Origin: Candidatus Fervidibacterota bacterium
GTDB taxonomy: Bacteria > Armatimonadota > Fervidibacteria > Fervidibacterales > Fervidibacteraceae
Direction of reading: 5' to 3'
Assembly (NCBI GenBank): GCA_040290365.1
Contig: PSNA01000003.1
Coordinates: 138,737-170,736, forward strand
Length of the DNA stretch: 32,000 nucleotides
Below the pieces are notes generated by a model. The model made no database searches and was not told where the DNA came from. It saw nothing but the letters and a program-made list of their open reading frames with translations. The position numbers were made by a program, and so were the translations under genes. The first letter of the stretch is position 1; each line of letters begins with the position of its first letter. Of this stretch, positions 17,351 to 25,983 are shown piece by piece.

Positions 17351-18661
17351 TTAAAGGGACCAACCTTTGCGATACTGGCGGGCGACCAAGCGTTTTGCTT
17401 CAGGCGGGCTCAAAACTTTGCCCGTTTTCGGGTCGCATTCCACTGTCTCCCCCGTCAGCACGGCGAGGTTGCCCATCAACACCACTTCCGTGACCATGCT
17501 GGCGAACTCAAAGTTGGACATAGTGGGCGAACCCGTTTTGCAAGCTTGCACCCATTCCAAGTAATGGTTGTCTTGCGGGGCGCGGGGCAAAGTGGGAGCG
17601 GGTGGTTGGTAGCCCTGAAATTGGGCGGCGGGCAGCAAGCGCCCATTGAACCAAACGCCTTTGTCGCCAATAAGCAGTGTGCCGTTGTCGGGAATGGTCT
17701 CGCCCTTCAGGATGTCCTTGAGCAAATCAGTGGAAGGCTTTTGCCCGCCGTCATACCAAGTGAGCCGAACGGGCGGCAAGTCACCTCGGGCGGGAAACTC
17801 ATACTGTACAATAGACCAGCGCGGGTAGGTCTCGTTGTTGTGCCCTGAACTGAGAGCGCGCACTTTGACAGGATAACGCAACTCCAGCGCCAAGAAAGGC
17901 ATGGGGAAGGCGTGGCAACCGATGTCGCCCAAGGCGCCTGTCCCAAAGTCAATCCAACCGCGCCAGCGGAAGGGATGGTAAGCGGGATGGTAGGGGCGAT
18001 AGGGGGCGGGACCAAGCCACAAGTCCCAATCTAAATCAGGCGGCACTGGGGGCGTATCGGTTGGTCGGTCAATCCCTTGCGGCCAGATGGGTCGGTCCGT
18101 CCAAATGTGAACTTCCCGCACTTGCCCGATGGCACCAAAGCGGATGATTTCAATGGCTTGGCGTGTCCCACTGCTGCCCATCCCTTGGTTGCCCATTTGC
18201 GTCGCCACTTTCTTTTGGCGTGCCATTTCCCGCATCACCCGTGCTTCGTGGATGCAATAAGTCAACGGCTTTTCGCAGTAGACATGCTTGCCCAACTTCA
18301 TGGCGGCAACGGAGACAATGGCGTGAGTGTGGTCGGGGGTAGCGACGACAACGGCATCTATTTCGTTTGCCATCTCGTAAAGCATCTTGCGGAAATCTTT
18401 GAACCGCTTGGCGTTGGGAAACTTTTGGAAAGTGCCAGCTGCACTCTGCCAATCCACATCGCACAGCGCCACGATGTTTTCGCCCAACTTGGCGAACTCG
18501 TCCACCAAAGCGGCACCTCGCCCCCCTGCTCCTACGAACGCTAAGTTAAGTTTCTCGTTGGCTTGGTAACTAAAAGCGGCTTTCGGGTTGCGCAACATAA
18601 AGAGCCCGACGCCTCCCAAAGTTACCGCTTTCACAAAATCGCGTCGGCTTAGTTCCTTCAT
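17351..18661 (-). CDS. Tat-signal Gfo/Idh/MocA-family oxidoreductase, subfamily A (A1), possibly GH109-like
   Basis: 436 aa with a twin-arginine motif (SRRDFVK) and a Rossmann motif (LAFVGAGGRG). TPDHTH and CEKPL are present. It is highly similar to 22693-24030 and 21289-22626. Confidence 0.8.
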   Translation of the reverse strand: MKELSRRDFVKAVTLGGVGLFMLRNPKAAFSYQANEKLNLAFVGAGGRGAALVDEFAKLGENIVALCDVDWQSAAGTFQKFPNAKRFKDFRKMLYEMANEIDAVVVATPDHTHAIVSVAAMKLGKHVYCEKPLTYCIHEARVMREMARQKKVATQMGNQGMGSSGTRQAIEIIRFGAIGQVREVHIWTDRPIWPQGIDRPTDTPPVPPDLDWDLWLGPAPYRPYHPAYHPFRWRGWIDFGTGALGDIGCHAFPMPFLALELRYPVKVRALSSGHNNETYPRWSIVQYEFPARGDLPPVRLTWYDGGQKPSTDLLKDILKGETIPDNGTLLIGDKGVWFNGRLLPAAQFQGYQPPAPTLPRAPQDNHYLEWVQACKTGSPTMSNFEFASMVTEVVLMGNLAVLTGETVECDPKTGKVLSPPEAKRLVARQYRKGWSL

Positions 18662-18685
18662 GGCTCATCCCTCCTTGACAATTCA

Positions 18686-19957
18686 TCACCTTGCTGGGAC
18701 GCCGGGAAGGGGGACGATGTTTTCGGGCGGAATTTCCACCGTCCCCCGCTCAAAATCTTCCGGCGTCGGCTTCATCGTCAAGTTGTAAAGTTCAGGGTTC
18801 TTGTTGGGGTCACCCATGATTTCGTCCCAAGTGACCATCCTGCCCGTGTAGGCGGAAATGCGGCCCATAATCGCCGCTGCCGTTGATTGAGCCAGCCCTC
18901 GCAGTTGGTTGAGGGGCTTGCCTTTGAGGATGTGGTAAAGCAAGTGCACTTGCTCTTGCACATAAGGGCTTTGAGCGCGCGGGACATCAGGCGGAATGGG
19001 TGAATGCTGCGGTTTGGGAAAATCGGAGCCATTGGTGTGCCCTCGCTCGTAGACAAAATCGCAGCCAACCCAGTTGAAGCAGCCATTGATTTGCCGGCAC
19101 ATGGAGTGGATGTGAACGCCGTCACCAAAATCAAAGTCAACGCTGAAGAAGTCGTATTGGTCACCAGCAGGGCGACGGGCTCTAAAGCCAAACCCAACAG
19201 CGCTCACTGGCGGACGACCGACAAACCAGCAAGCGAAGTCAATTTGATGGATGTGCTGCTCCACGATGTGGTCGCCGGAAAGGAACGACCAGTTCTGCCA
19301 TGTGCGGATGAGGTCATCGGGCGTTTGGGGATTGATGGGTTTGACGGCAAACATGTGCCCAATGCAGTAGCCGATGCGACCCCCGTAGAGGCGACCGAGT
19401 GCTCCTTCCACTGTGACGGCTTGATGGGTCAAGATGTTGTTCCAATCGTGGCGGTAGATGGTGCCAACGACCGCCACCAATCCCTTCCGCTCGGCTTCCT
19501 CCCCTGCCGCAATAGCACGACGGCATCCGGGCGGGTCAACGGCGATGGGCTTTTCCACGAAGACATGCTTGCCTGCTTTTATGGCAGCCTCCACGAAAAG
19601 GGGATGGAAAGCGGGAGCGGTAGCGATGAGAACGATGTCAGCGTCGCTCTCCATAACCCCTCGGTAGGCGGTGGGACCGCCGAAGCAGCGTTCTGGCGGA
19701 ACGCCATATTCCTTGCCCGCATTGAGAGCCCGCTCGCGGAAATAGTCGGCAAACGCCACCATCTTCACTTCCACGCCCAACAGTTTTGCTGCCTCGTGGA
19801 TGTCGCGAACAGCACCCCTTCCCCGCCCACCGCAGCCGAGAAGGGCAACTTTGAAAGTTTTGGTTTGGGCAGGAACGAGAATGGTCGGGAAACCGAGAGC
19901 CACCGTTGCCTTTACGCTCGCTCTCACAAATTGCCGTCGTTTCACCTTCTCACTCAT
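18686..19957 (-). CDS. Tat-signal Gfo/Idh/MocA-family oxidoreductase, subfamily B (B1)
   Basis: The ATG at 19957 lies 8 nt after AAGGAGGG and gives MSEKVKRRQFVRASV. The Rossmann motif is VALLGCGGRGRGA and VEKPIA is present. Long stretches are identical to B2 at DNA level. Confidence 0.8.
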   Translation of the reverse strand: MSEKVKRRQFVRASVKATVALGFPTILVPAQTKTFKVALLGCGGRGRGAVRDIHEAAKLLGVEVKMVAFADYFRERALNAGKEYGVPPERCFGGPTAYRGVMESDADIVLIATAPAFHPLFVEAAIKAGKHVFVEKPIAVDPPGCRRAIAAGEEAERKGLVAVVGTIYRHDWNNILTHQAVTVEGALGRLYGGRIGYCIGHMFAVKPINPQTPDDLIRTWQNWSFLSGDHIVEQHIHQIDFACWFVGRPPVSAVGFGFRARRPAGDQYDFFSVDFDFGDGVHIHSMCRQINGCFNWVGCDFVYERGHTNGSDFPKPQHSPIPPDVPRAQSPYVQEQVHLLYHILKGKPLNQLRGLAQSTAAAIMGRISAYTGRMVTWDEIMGDPNKNPELYNLTMKPTPEDFERGTVEIPPENIVPLPGVPAR

Positions 19958-19987
19958 CGCTACCACCCTCCTTGACAATTTTTACTC

Positions 19988-21244
19988 TCACCGAGCCGGC
20001 ACGCCGGGGATGGGCACGACGCCTTCCTGAGGCATCTCTACTGTGCCTTGCTCAAAGTCTTCGGGCGTCGGGCGCAGGCGCCAGTTGTAAAGTTCAGGGT
20101 TCTTGCTCAGGTCGCCCATGATTTCGTCCCAAGTGACCCTCCTGCCCGTGTAGGCGGACAATCGCCCCATCACCGCAGCGGCTGTTGACATTACCAGCCC
20201 GCGCAATTGGTTAAAGGGCTTGCCTTTGAGGAGGGCATAGAGCAGGTGAATTTGCTCCTGCACATAAGGGCTCTTAGCGCGCGGGACATCGGATGGGATG
20301 GGAGATTGTTGCGGTTGAGGGAAGTCTGCCCCGTTGGTGTGTCCCTTCTCGTAGACGAAATCGTGCCCTACCCAATTCCAGCACCCATCAATGTGGCGGC
20401 ACATGGCATGGATGTGAATGCCGTCGCCGAAGTCGTAGTCAATGCTGAAGAAGTCGTATTGGTCGCCAGCAGGACGGCGCGCGCGGAAGCCAAACCCAAC
20501 GGCACTTATTGGTGGACGCCCAACGAACCAGCAAGCAATGTCAATCTGGTGAACGCAGTCCGCTAAAAGTGCTCGTTCGCCGCACAGGCAGTCCCAGTCT
20601 TTCCAGGTGCGGATGAGGTCATCGGCTGTTTTGGGATTAACGGGCTTGACAGACCCTTCATGCCCCCCACAGTGTCCGACGCGCCCCGCATAGAGGCGTC
20701 CCAACGCCCCTTCCACTGCAACGGCTTGGTGGGTCAGGATGAAGTCGTGGTGGTGGCGCAAATGCGTCCCGACAACAACTACCAACCCTTTCCGCTCCGC
20801 TTCCTCGGCAGCGGCGAGGGCACGACGGCATCCGGGGGGGTCAATAGCGATGGGCTTTTCCACGAAGATGTGCTTGCCCGCTCTCACGGCAGCCTCCACG
20901 AAGGAGGGATGAAAGGCATGAGCAACCGCAATCATCACAATCTCGGCATCCGTTTCCAAAACCTCCCGATAGGCGGTAGGACCACCAAAACAACGCTCTG
21001 GCGGCACACCATACTGTTGCCCTGCTTTCAAAGCGCGTTCGCGGAACCAATCGCCGAACGCGACCATTTTCACTTCCACGCCCAACGCCTTTGCCGCTTC
21101 GTAAATGTCCCGAACAGCACCCATCCCGCGCCCACCGCACCCGATGAGGGCAACTTTGAAGGTCTTCGTTTGGGCAGGCGAAAGGATGGTGGGCAAGGTT
21201 AACGCTGCCCCCGTCGCCACCGTGACAAAGTCGCGACGATTCAT
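19988..21244 (-). CDS. Tat-signal Gfo/Idh/MocA-family oxidoreductase, subfamily B (B2)
   Basis: The ATG at 21244 gives MNRRDFVTVATGAA. VALIGCGGRGMGA is present, and the C-terminus IPGVPAR parallels B1 (LPGVPAR). Confidence 0.8.
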   Translation of the reverse strand: MNRRDFVTVATGAALTLPTILSPAQTKTFKVALIGCGGRGMGAVRDIYEAAKALGVEVKMVAFGDWFRERALKAGQQYGVPPERCFGGPTAYREVLETDAEIVMIAVAHAFHPSFVEAAVRAGKHIFVEKPIAIDPPGCRRALAAAEEAERKGLVVVVGTHLRHHHDFILTHQAVAVEGALGRLYAGRVGHCGGHEGSVKPVNPKTADDLIRTWKDWDCLCGERALLADCVHQIDIACWFVGRPPISAVGFGFRARRPAGDQYDFFSIDYDFGDGIHIHAMCRHIDGCWNWVGHDFVYEKGHTNGADFPQPQQSPIPSDVPRAKSPYVQEQIHLLYALLKGKPFNQLRGLVMSTAAAVMGRLSAYTGRRVTWDEIMGDLSKNPELYNWRLRPTPEDFEQGTVEMPQEGVVPIPGVPAR

Positions 21245-21288
21245 CTTGCCTTTCACCTTTCTCGCACCCCCTTGACTCTTTTCATCGT

Positions 21289-22626
21289 TTAAAGTGACCA
21301 ACCGGCGCGATACTCCCGATGCAAAAACCGATTCGCTTCCGCGCAGTTGACGATCCGACCGGTGAGCGGATCATACTCAATCGGATGCCCCACCAGCAAC
21401 GCCACATTGCCCAGCAGAATCATCTCCGTCAAGGGTCCGCCGATGTCAAAACTGGAGAAGGGCTTTGATCCTTTGCCCTTGCACGCGAGGAGCCATTCGG
21501 CATGGTGTCCTTGAGAGCGGGGCAAGGTTGGCGGCGGTCCTTGAAAGCCTTCAAACTGTTTGCGAGGGAGCAAGGTGAAGCGGGTGTTCCATGGGCAATC
21601 GGAGAAGAGAGCCCCCTTTGTGCCAATTAACAGACAACCTGCGTCCGTCATCGGTTGCCCCAAATCCCGAAGGATTTCTTCGGGAGGTTTGGGACCGCCA
21701 TTATACCAAGTTAATCGCACAGGCGGTAAGTTGCCGCGAGCGGGAAATTCGTAGCGGACGATGACCCATCGGGAGTAGGTTTCGGGGTGAATTTCGGATG
21801 CTTCCGCACTCACTCGGATAACAGCACGAAGTGGGCGCTTGACCTTCGGGTCCCAAAGCATGTCCAGTCGCAAGGCTCGGAAAGCCAAGTTAGTGGTGTG
21901 GCATCCAAAGTCGCCCAAAACGCCAGTGCCAAAAGCGCGCCAGTTGCGCCACGCACCGCGAATGTAAGCGGAGTGAAAGGGGCGATAAGGTGCTGGTCCC
22001 AACCACAAATCCCAGTTGAACCCTTCAGGGGGCGTTTGCTCCTCACGGGGGCGGTCTACGGGGTTATTGCCTCCACCGAACCAAATATGAGCCTCCCGAA
22101 TTTCGCCGACAACTCCTGCCCACGCTAATTCCACAGCGCGCCGCAGCCCTTCTGTCGCGCTCCCTTGATTGCCCATTTGCGTGACAACTTTCTGCTTTGC
22201 GGCGACTTCCCGCATCACCCGTGCTTCGTAAACGGTGCGGGTAAGGGGCTTTTCGCAGTAGACATGCTTGCCCAACTTCATCGCTGCTACAGAAATGACC
22301 GCATGGGTATGGTCTGGTGTGGTCACGACAACGGCGTCAATTTGCTTGTGCATCTTGTCAAGCATCTCTCTAAAGTCCGCAAATTTAGGGACATCGGGAA
22401 AGCGCTGGTAGGCGCGGGCAGCGTGTTGCTCATCCACATCGCACAAAGCGACGATATTCTCCCCCGCAACAGCGTTCAAATTTGCCCACCCATGTCCTCC
22501 TACGCCCACGAGGGCGATGTTGAGCCGCTCGTTGGCTTGGTAACTCCAGATGGAGTTAGGATTTCGCAACAAAACCAAGCCGACACTGCCAACCGCAGCC
22601 TTCTTGACGAAATTGCGCCGCCGCAT
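21289..22626 (-). CDS. Tat-signal Gfo/Idh/MocA-family oxidoreductase, subfamily A (A2)
   Basis: The ATG at 22626 lies 8 nt after AAAGGAGG and gives MRRRNFVKKAAVG. ALVGVGGHG, TPDHTH and CEKPLT are present. Confidence 0.8.
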   Translation of the reverse strand: MRRRNFVKKAAVGSVGLVLLRNPNSIWSYQANERLNIALVGVGGHGWANLNAVAGENIVALCDVDEQHAARAYQRFPDVPKFADFREMLDKMHKQIDAVVVTTPDHTHAVISVAAMKLGKHVYCEKPLTRTVYEARVMREVAAKQKVVTQMGNQGSATEGLRRAVELAWAGVVGEIREAHIWFGGGNNPVDRPREEQTPPEGFNWDLWLGPAPYRPFHSAYIRGAWRNWRAFGTGVLGDFGCHTTNLAFRALRLDMLWDPKVKRPLRAVIRVSAEASEIHPETYSRWVIVRYEFPARGNLPPVRLTWYNGGPKPPEEILRDLGQPMTDAGCLLIGTKGALFSDCPWNTRFTLLPRKQFEGFQGPPPTLPRSQGHHAEWLLACKGKGSKPFSSFDIGGPLTEMILLGNVALLVGHPIEYDPLTGRIVNCAEANRFLHREYRAGWSL

Positions 22627-22692
22627 AACCATCACCTCCTTTAGCAAAATTGTCAAGGGGCAGTCAGAAGCACTTGCCACCGAAGGGAACAA

Positions 22693-24030
22693 CTAAAGCG
22701 TCCATCCCTTTCGGTAGGGGCGCATCACAAAGGGTTCGGCTTCAGGGTTTCCAATGACGCGCCCGCGTCTGGCGTCCCAGACGACCTTCCCGAACCGAAT
22801 TGCCAAGTTGCCCAAAAGAACAATTTCTGTCAAGTAGACCGCATAATCCACGAAGTTGGACATGGGTTTGATGTTCTCACCTTTACACGCCATCACGAAC
22901 TCCCGATGGTGACCTTGAGAACGGGGCAGGATAGGTTCAGGCGGCTGGTAATCCTTGAACTGCTCCGCAGGCAGCAAGCGCCATTCTCCTGCATAATCGC
23001 CGGGCGCATACAACATGCCCTTGTCGCCGATGAGCAGCGCCCCGCTTCCGGGCAATTTCTCGCCGGGCAATAAATCCGCAGGTGGTTTTTGCCCACCATC
23101 ATACCAAGTCACTGTCACGGGTGGTAAGTCGCCTCGCTCGGGGAAGAAGTAGCGGACGATAGACCACTTGGGGTAACTCTCGCCATTAAAGCCAGAGTGT
23201 TCCGCATGGACGACGATGGTTTTGCCTTCGGCGATGGCTTGGTGAAGTTTGAGGGCAAGGACGGGCATGTTCATGGTGTGACAACCCATGTCGCCCAGCG
23301 CGCCCGTTCCAAAATCGCACCAGCCACGCCATCGGAAAGGCAAGTAGTCAGGGTGGTAAGGGCACCAAGGCGCTGGTCCAAGCCACAAATCCCAATCCAA
23401 GTAAGGCGGGACAGGTGGTGTTTCCTTCGGGCGCTCTATCCCTTGTGGCCAGATAGGGCGGTTGCTCCAGATGTGAACTTCCCGCACCTTCCCTATTGCT
23501 CCCGACCATACTACCTCAACGGCTTGCCGCAAACGATCGTCCCCCGTTCCTTGATTGCCCATCTGGGTAACGACTTTCTTCTCAATTGCGACCTGCCGCA
23601 TCACGCGGGCTTCCCCGATGCACCAAGTCAACGGCTTTTCGCAGTAGACATGCTTGCCCAACTTCATGGCAGCGACGGAAGCGACAGCATGAGTATGGTC
23701 GGGAGTGGCGACGACGACGGCATCTATTTCGTTCGCCATCTCGTCCAGCATCTTTCGGAAGTCTTTGAACCGCTTGGCGTTGGGGAAACGCTTGTAGGTC
23801 TCTGCCGCCCGCTGGTCATCCACATCGCACAGCGCCACAATGTTTTCGCCCAAGCCGGCAAAAGTGTTTGCCAGCCCTCCGCCTTGTCCTCCGGCGCCGA
23901 CAAATGCCATGTTGAGTTTGTTGTTGGCTTGATAACTCCACGCTGACTTGGGGTTGCGCAAAGTCAGCAACCCCAAACCGCTCAACGCTAATGTCTTGAA
24001 CCACTCACGGCGCTTCATGGGTTCCGCCAT
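22693..24030 (-). CDS. Tat-signal Gfo/Idh/MocA-family oxidoreductase, subfamily A (A3)
   Basis: 445 aa with KRREWFKTLALSG, AFVGAGGQGGG, TPDHTH and CEKPLT. By eye it is roughly three-quarters identical to A1. Confidence 0.8.
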   Translation of the reverse strand: MAEPMKRREWFKTLALSGLGLLTLRNPKSAWSYQANNKLNMAFVGAGGQGGGLANTFAGLGENIVALCDVDDQRAAETYKRFPNAKRFKDFRKMLDEMANEIDAVVVATPDHTHAVASVAAMKLGKHVYCEKPLTWCIGEARVMRQVAIEKKVVTQMGNQGTGDDRLRQAVEVVWSGAIGKVREVHIWSNRPIWPQGIERPKETPPVPPYLDWDLWLGPAPWCPYHPDYLPFRWRGWCDFGTGALGDMGCHTMNMPVLALKLHQAIAEGKTIVVHAEHSGFNGESYPKWSIVRYFFPERGDLPPVTVTWYDGGQKPPADLLPGEKLPGSGALLIGDKGMLYAPGDYAGEWRLLPAEQFKDYQPPEPILPRSQGHHREFVMACKGENIKPMSNFVDYAVYLTEIVLLGNLAIRFGKVVWDARRGRVIGNPEAEPFVMRPYRKGWTL

Positions 24031-24036
24031 CCCATC

Positions 24037-24429
24037 TCACCTCGTCCGAAGGTATTGGCTTTCAAAGCGGACTTTCGTTCGCCCTCGTAGGGATAAACTC
24101 CCCAGCACCGGCTCGGGGGTTGCCATAATGGCAGCAATGACATTGTCCAGCATTATGCGGAAGTCGGCAAAGCGGGGAGCGTAAGGAAGCAGTTTGGAAG
24201 CAGGAGTAGCACCCTCTTCCTCCACATCACACAACGCAACGATTTCTTCTTGGCTGACGGCTTTCAGGTTCGCAAGCCATCGTTCGACGGTGCCCGCAAT
24301 TTGTAACTTCTCATTGACTTGGTAACTCCAAGCCGATCTCGGATTGCGCAAAACTGTCAACCCTAAACCGACTTTCACTGCTTGCAGTAAAAAGGAGCGC
24401 CGCATTCGTTGGTCATCCATCAACCTCGC
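24037..24429 (-). pseudogene. Decayed, truncated subfamily-A paralog (Tat signal retained, Rossmann GxGxxG deleted, ends after about 130 codons)
   Basis: MDDQRMRRSFLLQAVKVGLGLTVLRNPRSAWSYQVNEKLQIA aligns with A2/A3. The VGxGGxG block is missing (IAGTVERW), TPDHTH has become TPEPVL, and the frame then diverges and stops at 24037. A GAGGAGG SD is retained. Confidence 0.6.
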
Positions 24430-24509
24430 CTCCTCGCAAACGGCGCTCGGCGCCACATACTTTTTGTCACACTTCGCCAGCAAAATCAATACCGAGGTGA
24501 TAAGAGGCG

Positions 24510-25403
24510 GTGGAGCGTTATCGCGATATCATCCCGAACTTTGAGGCTTTTCTGGAAGCGTTAGAACGACCACAGCCGGTGACGGTGCGAGTAAATCGTT
24601 TGAAAGCAACCCCCGACCAAGTGGCGGAAGCGTTGCGACGGCGAGGCTTTGATGTCAAGCCCCTTGGGTGGAACGAATGGTTGTTGCAGGTGGAAGGTGC
24701 TGGGAGCGTTGCCAAAACGGTGGAGCATTGGCTTGGCTGGTTTTATGTGCAAGAAGCCAGTGCCGCCACTGCCGTGATAGCATTAGACCCGCAGCCAGGC
24801 GAACGCATTTTGGATTTATGCGCATCCCCGGGCGGGAAAACGACGCAGATGGCGGAGTTGATGAGGAACACAGGCTTGATTGTCGCCAACGACATTGCTC
24901 CCAAGCGGTTGCGAGCACTGCTGGCAAACCTCTCCCGCATGGGAGTTGTCAATACCATCGTCACGCAGTGGGATGGTCGTAACTACCCCGATTTGGGGAT
25001 TGCCTTTGACAAAGCGTTAGTGGATGTGCCATGCTCGGCGGAAGGACGGGTGCGGGAAAATCCCGAATTGCGAAAGGGGACAGACCCAAACTTCGTCCTT
25101 TCCATCAGCGGAACCCAAAAAGGCTTATTGCGACGGGCTTTGGAGTTGGTGAGACCTGGCGGTATCGTCGTTTACGCCACTTGCACTTTCGCCCCAGAGG
25201 AAAACGAAGCCGTTGTTGCCTATGCGTTACAGCGTGTTCCCAGCGAACTGCTTCCCATTAACCTTCCCATCCCGCACACCCCGGGCTTGACGGAATGGCA
25301 GGGTCGCAAGTTTGGAGAGGGGATGCGAAAATGTGTTCGCGTTTACCCGCATCACCTTGATTCGGGAGGCATGTTCTTGGCGAAACTGCGACGGCTGGAA
25401 TAA
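24510..25403 (+). CDS. RsmB/RsmF/NOP2-Sun family RNA (cytosine-C5)-methyltransferase
   Basis: 297 aa with the SAM motif (ILDLCASPGGKT) and the catalytic Cys motifs (DVPCSAEG, VYATCTFAPEENE). GTG start. Confidence 0.85.
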   Translation: MERYRDIIPNFEAFLEALERPQPVTVRVNRLKATPDQVAEALRRRGFDVKPLGWNEWLLQVEGAGSVAKTVEHWLGWFYVQEASAATAVIALDPQPGERILDLCASPGGKTTQMAELMRNTGLIVANDIAPKRLRALLANLSRMGVVNTIVTQWDGRNYPDLGIAFDKALVDVPCSAEGRVRENPELRKGTDPNFVLSISGTQKGLLRRALELVRPGGIVVYATCTFAPEENEAVVAYALQRVPSELLPINLPIPHTPGLTEWQGRKFGEGMRKCVRVYPHHLDSGGMFLAKLRRLE

Positions 25404-25414
25404 CCCTAAGGGTA

Positions 25415-25445
25415 TTTACAAATTCGGTTGGCGGTGCTATATAAT
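25415..25445 (+). promoter_or_regulatory. Sigma70-type promoter for tRNA-Leu
   Basis: TTTACA (25415-25420), a 17-nt spacer, then TATATAAT (25438-25445). The mature tRNA 5' end lies about 15 nt downstream. Confidence 0.45.
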
Positions 25446-25459
25446 TGCAACGGACTTGT

Positions 25460-25550
25460 GCCGCGGTGGCGGAATTTGGCAGACGCGCTGGCTTGAGGGG
25501 CCAGTGGGTTTCACAGACCCGTGCGGGTTCAAATCCCGCCCGCGGCACCA
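25460..25550 (+). tRNA. tRNA-Leu (anticodon GAG), class II with a long variable arm and an encoded CCA
   Basis: Hand-folded cloverleaf. The acceptor stem GCCGCGG/CCGCGGC has 7 perfect bp. The anticodon stem is CTGGC/GCCAG with loop TTGAGGG (GAG at 25495-25497). The variable stem is GGGT/ACCC and the T arm is GCGGG-TTCAAAT-CCCGC. Discriminator A is followed by CCA. Confidence 0.9.
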
Positions 25551-25599
25551 ATGGCGCCTGCGCAACGGTTGAATTCTCGAGTGCAATGTGCTATAAGTA

Positions 25600-25983
25600 T
25601 TGTGCCGCGGGCCGGAGATCGCCGAGGCGGTCAACGAGGGGGTCGCGCTCCTGCGCAAGGGCCTGACCGAAACTGCCACATCTATCGACTGGACCGAACC
25701 GCTCAACACGTTGCGGCGCCTCAGGCAGGTGGCGGAGTCACCCCAGGTGCAGGCCCTCCTCCGCGAGGCCGTGCTCGACCCCCGCGCGGTAGCGGTGGTG
25801 GGCAAGATGGCCCAGGCCATGATCGCAGCGTCGGAAGAGGCGCAAAAACCCGAACCCCGGAGGCTGGGCCTCTTGGGGCTTCTACGGGCCCTGGGCGATC
25901 CCGAGCTGCAGCCCGCATTGCGCTTCCTCGTGGTCTTCGCCCAGCGCTTCTCCAGGGCACTGGCCGACGGCCGATATGCATGA
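25600..25983 (+). CDS. DUF1641-domain protein, apparently 5'-truncated at the composition boundary
   Basis: The C-terminal GLLGLLRALGDPELQPALRFLVVFAQRF matches my recollection of the DUF1641 signature. The frame is closed by TAA at 25594-25596. Only a TTG without a recognisable SD is available as a start. The stop overlaps the hypA ATG (ATGCATGA). Confidence 0.5.
   Translation: MCRGPEIAEAVNEGVALLRKGLTETATSIDWTEPLNTLRRLRQVAESPQVQALLREAVLDPRAVAVVGKMAQAMIAASEEAQKPEPRRLGLLGLLRALGDPELQPALRFLVVFAQRFSRALADGRYA

Noticed and set aside
25571-25581. Overlapping EcoRI/XhoI sites (GAATTCTCGAG) at the composition junction, read as a cloning-linker scar
   Set aside because: An 11-nt coincidence is possible. 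No flanking vector or adaptor sequence was recognised. It is kept only as a note within the junction finding.
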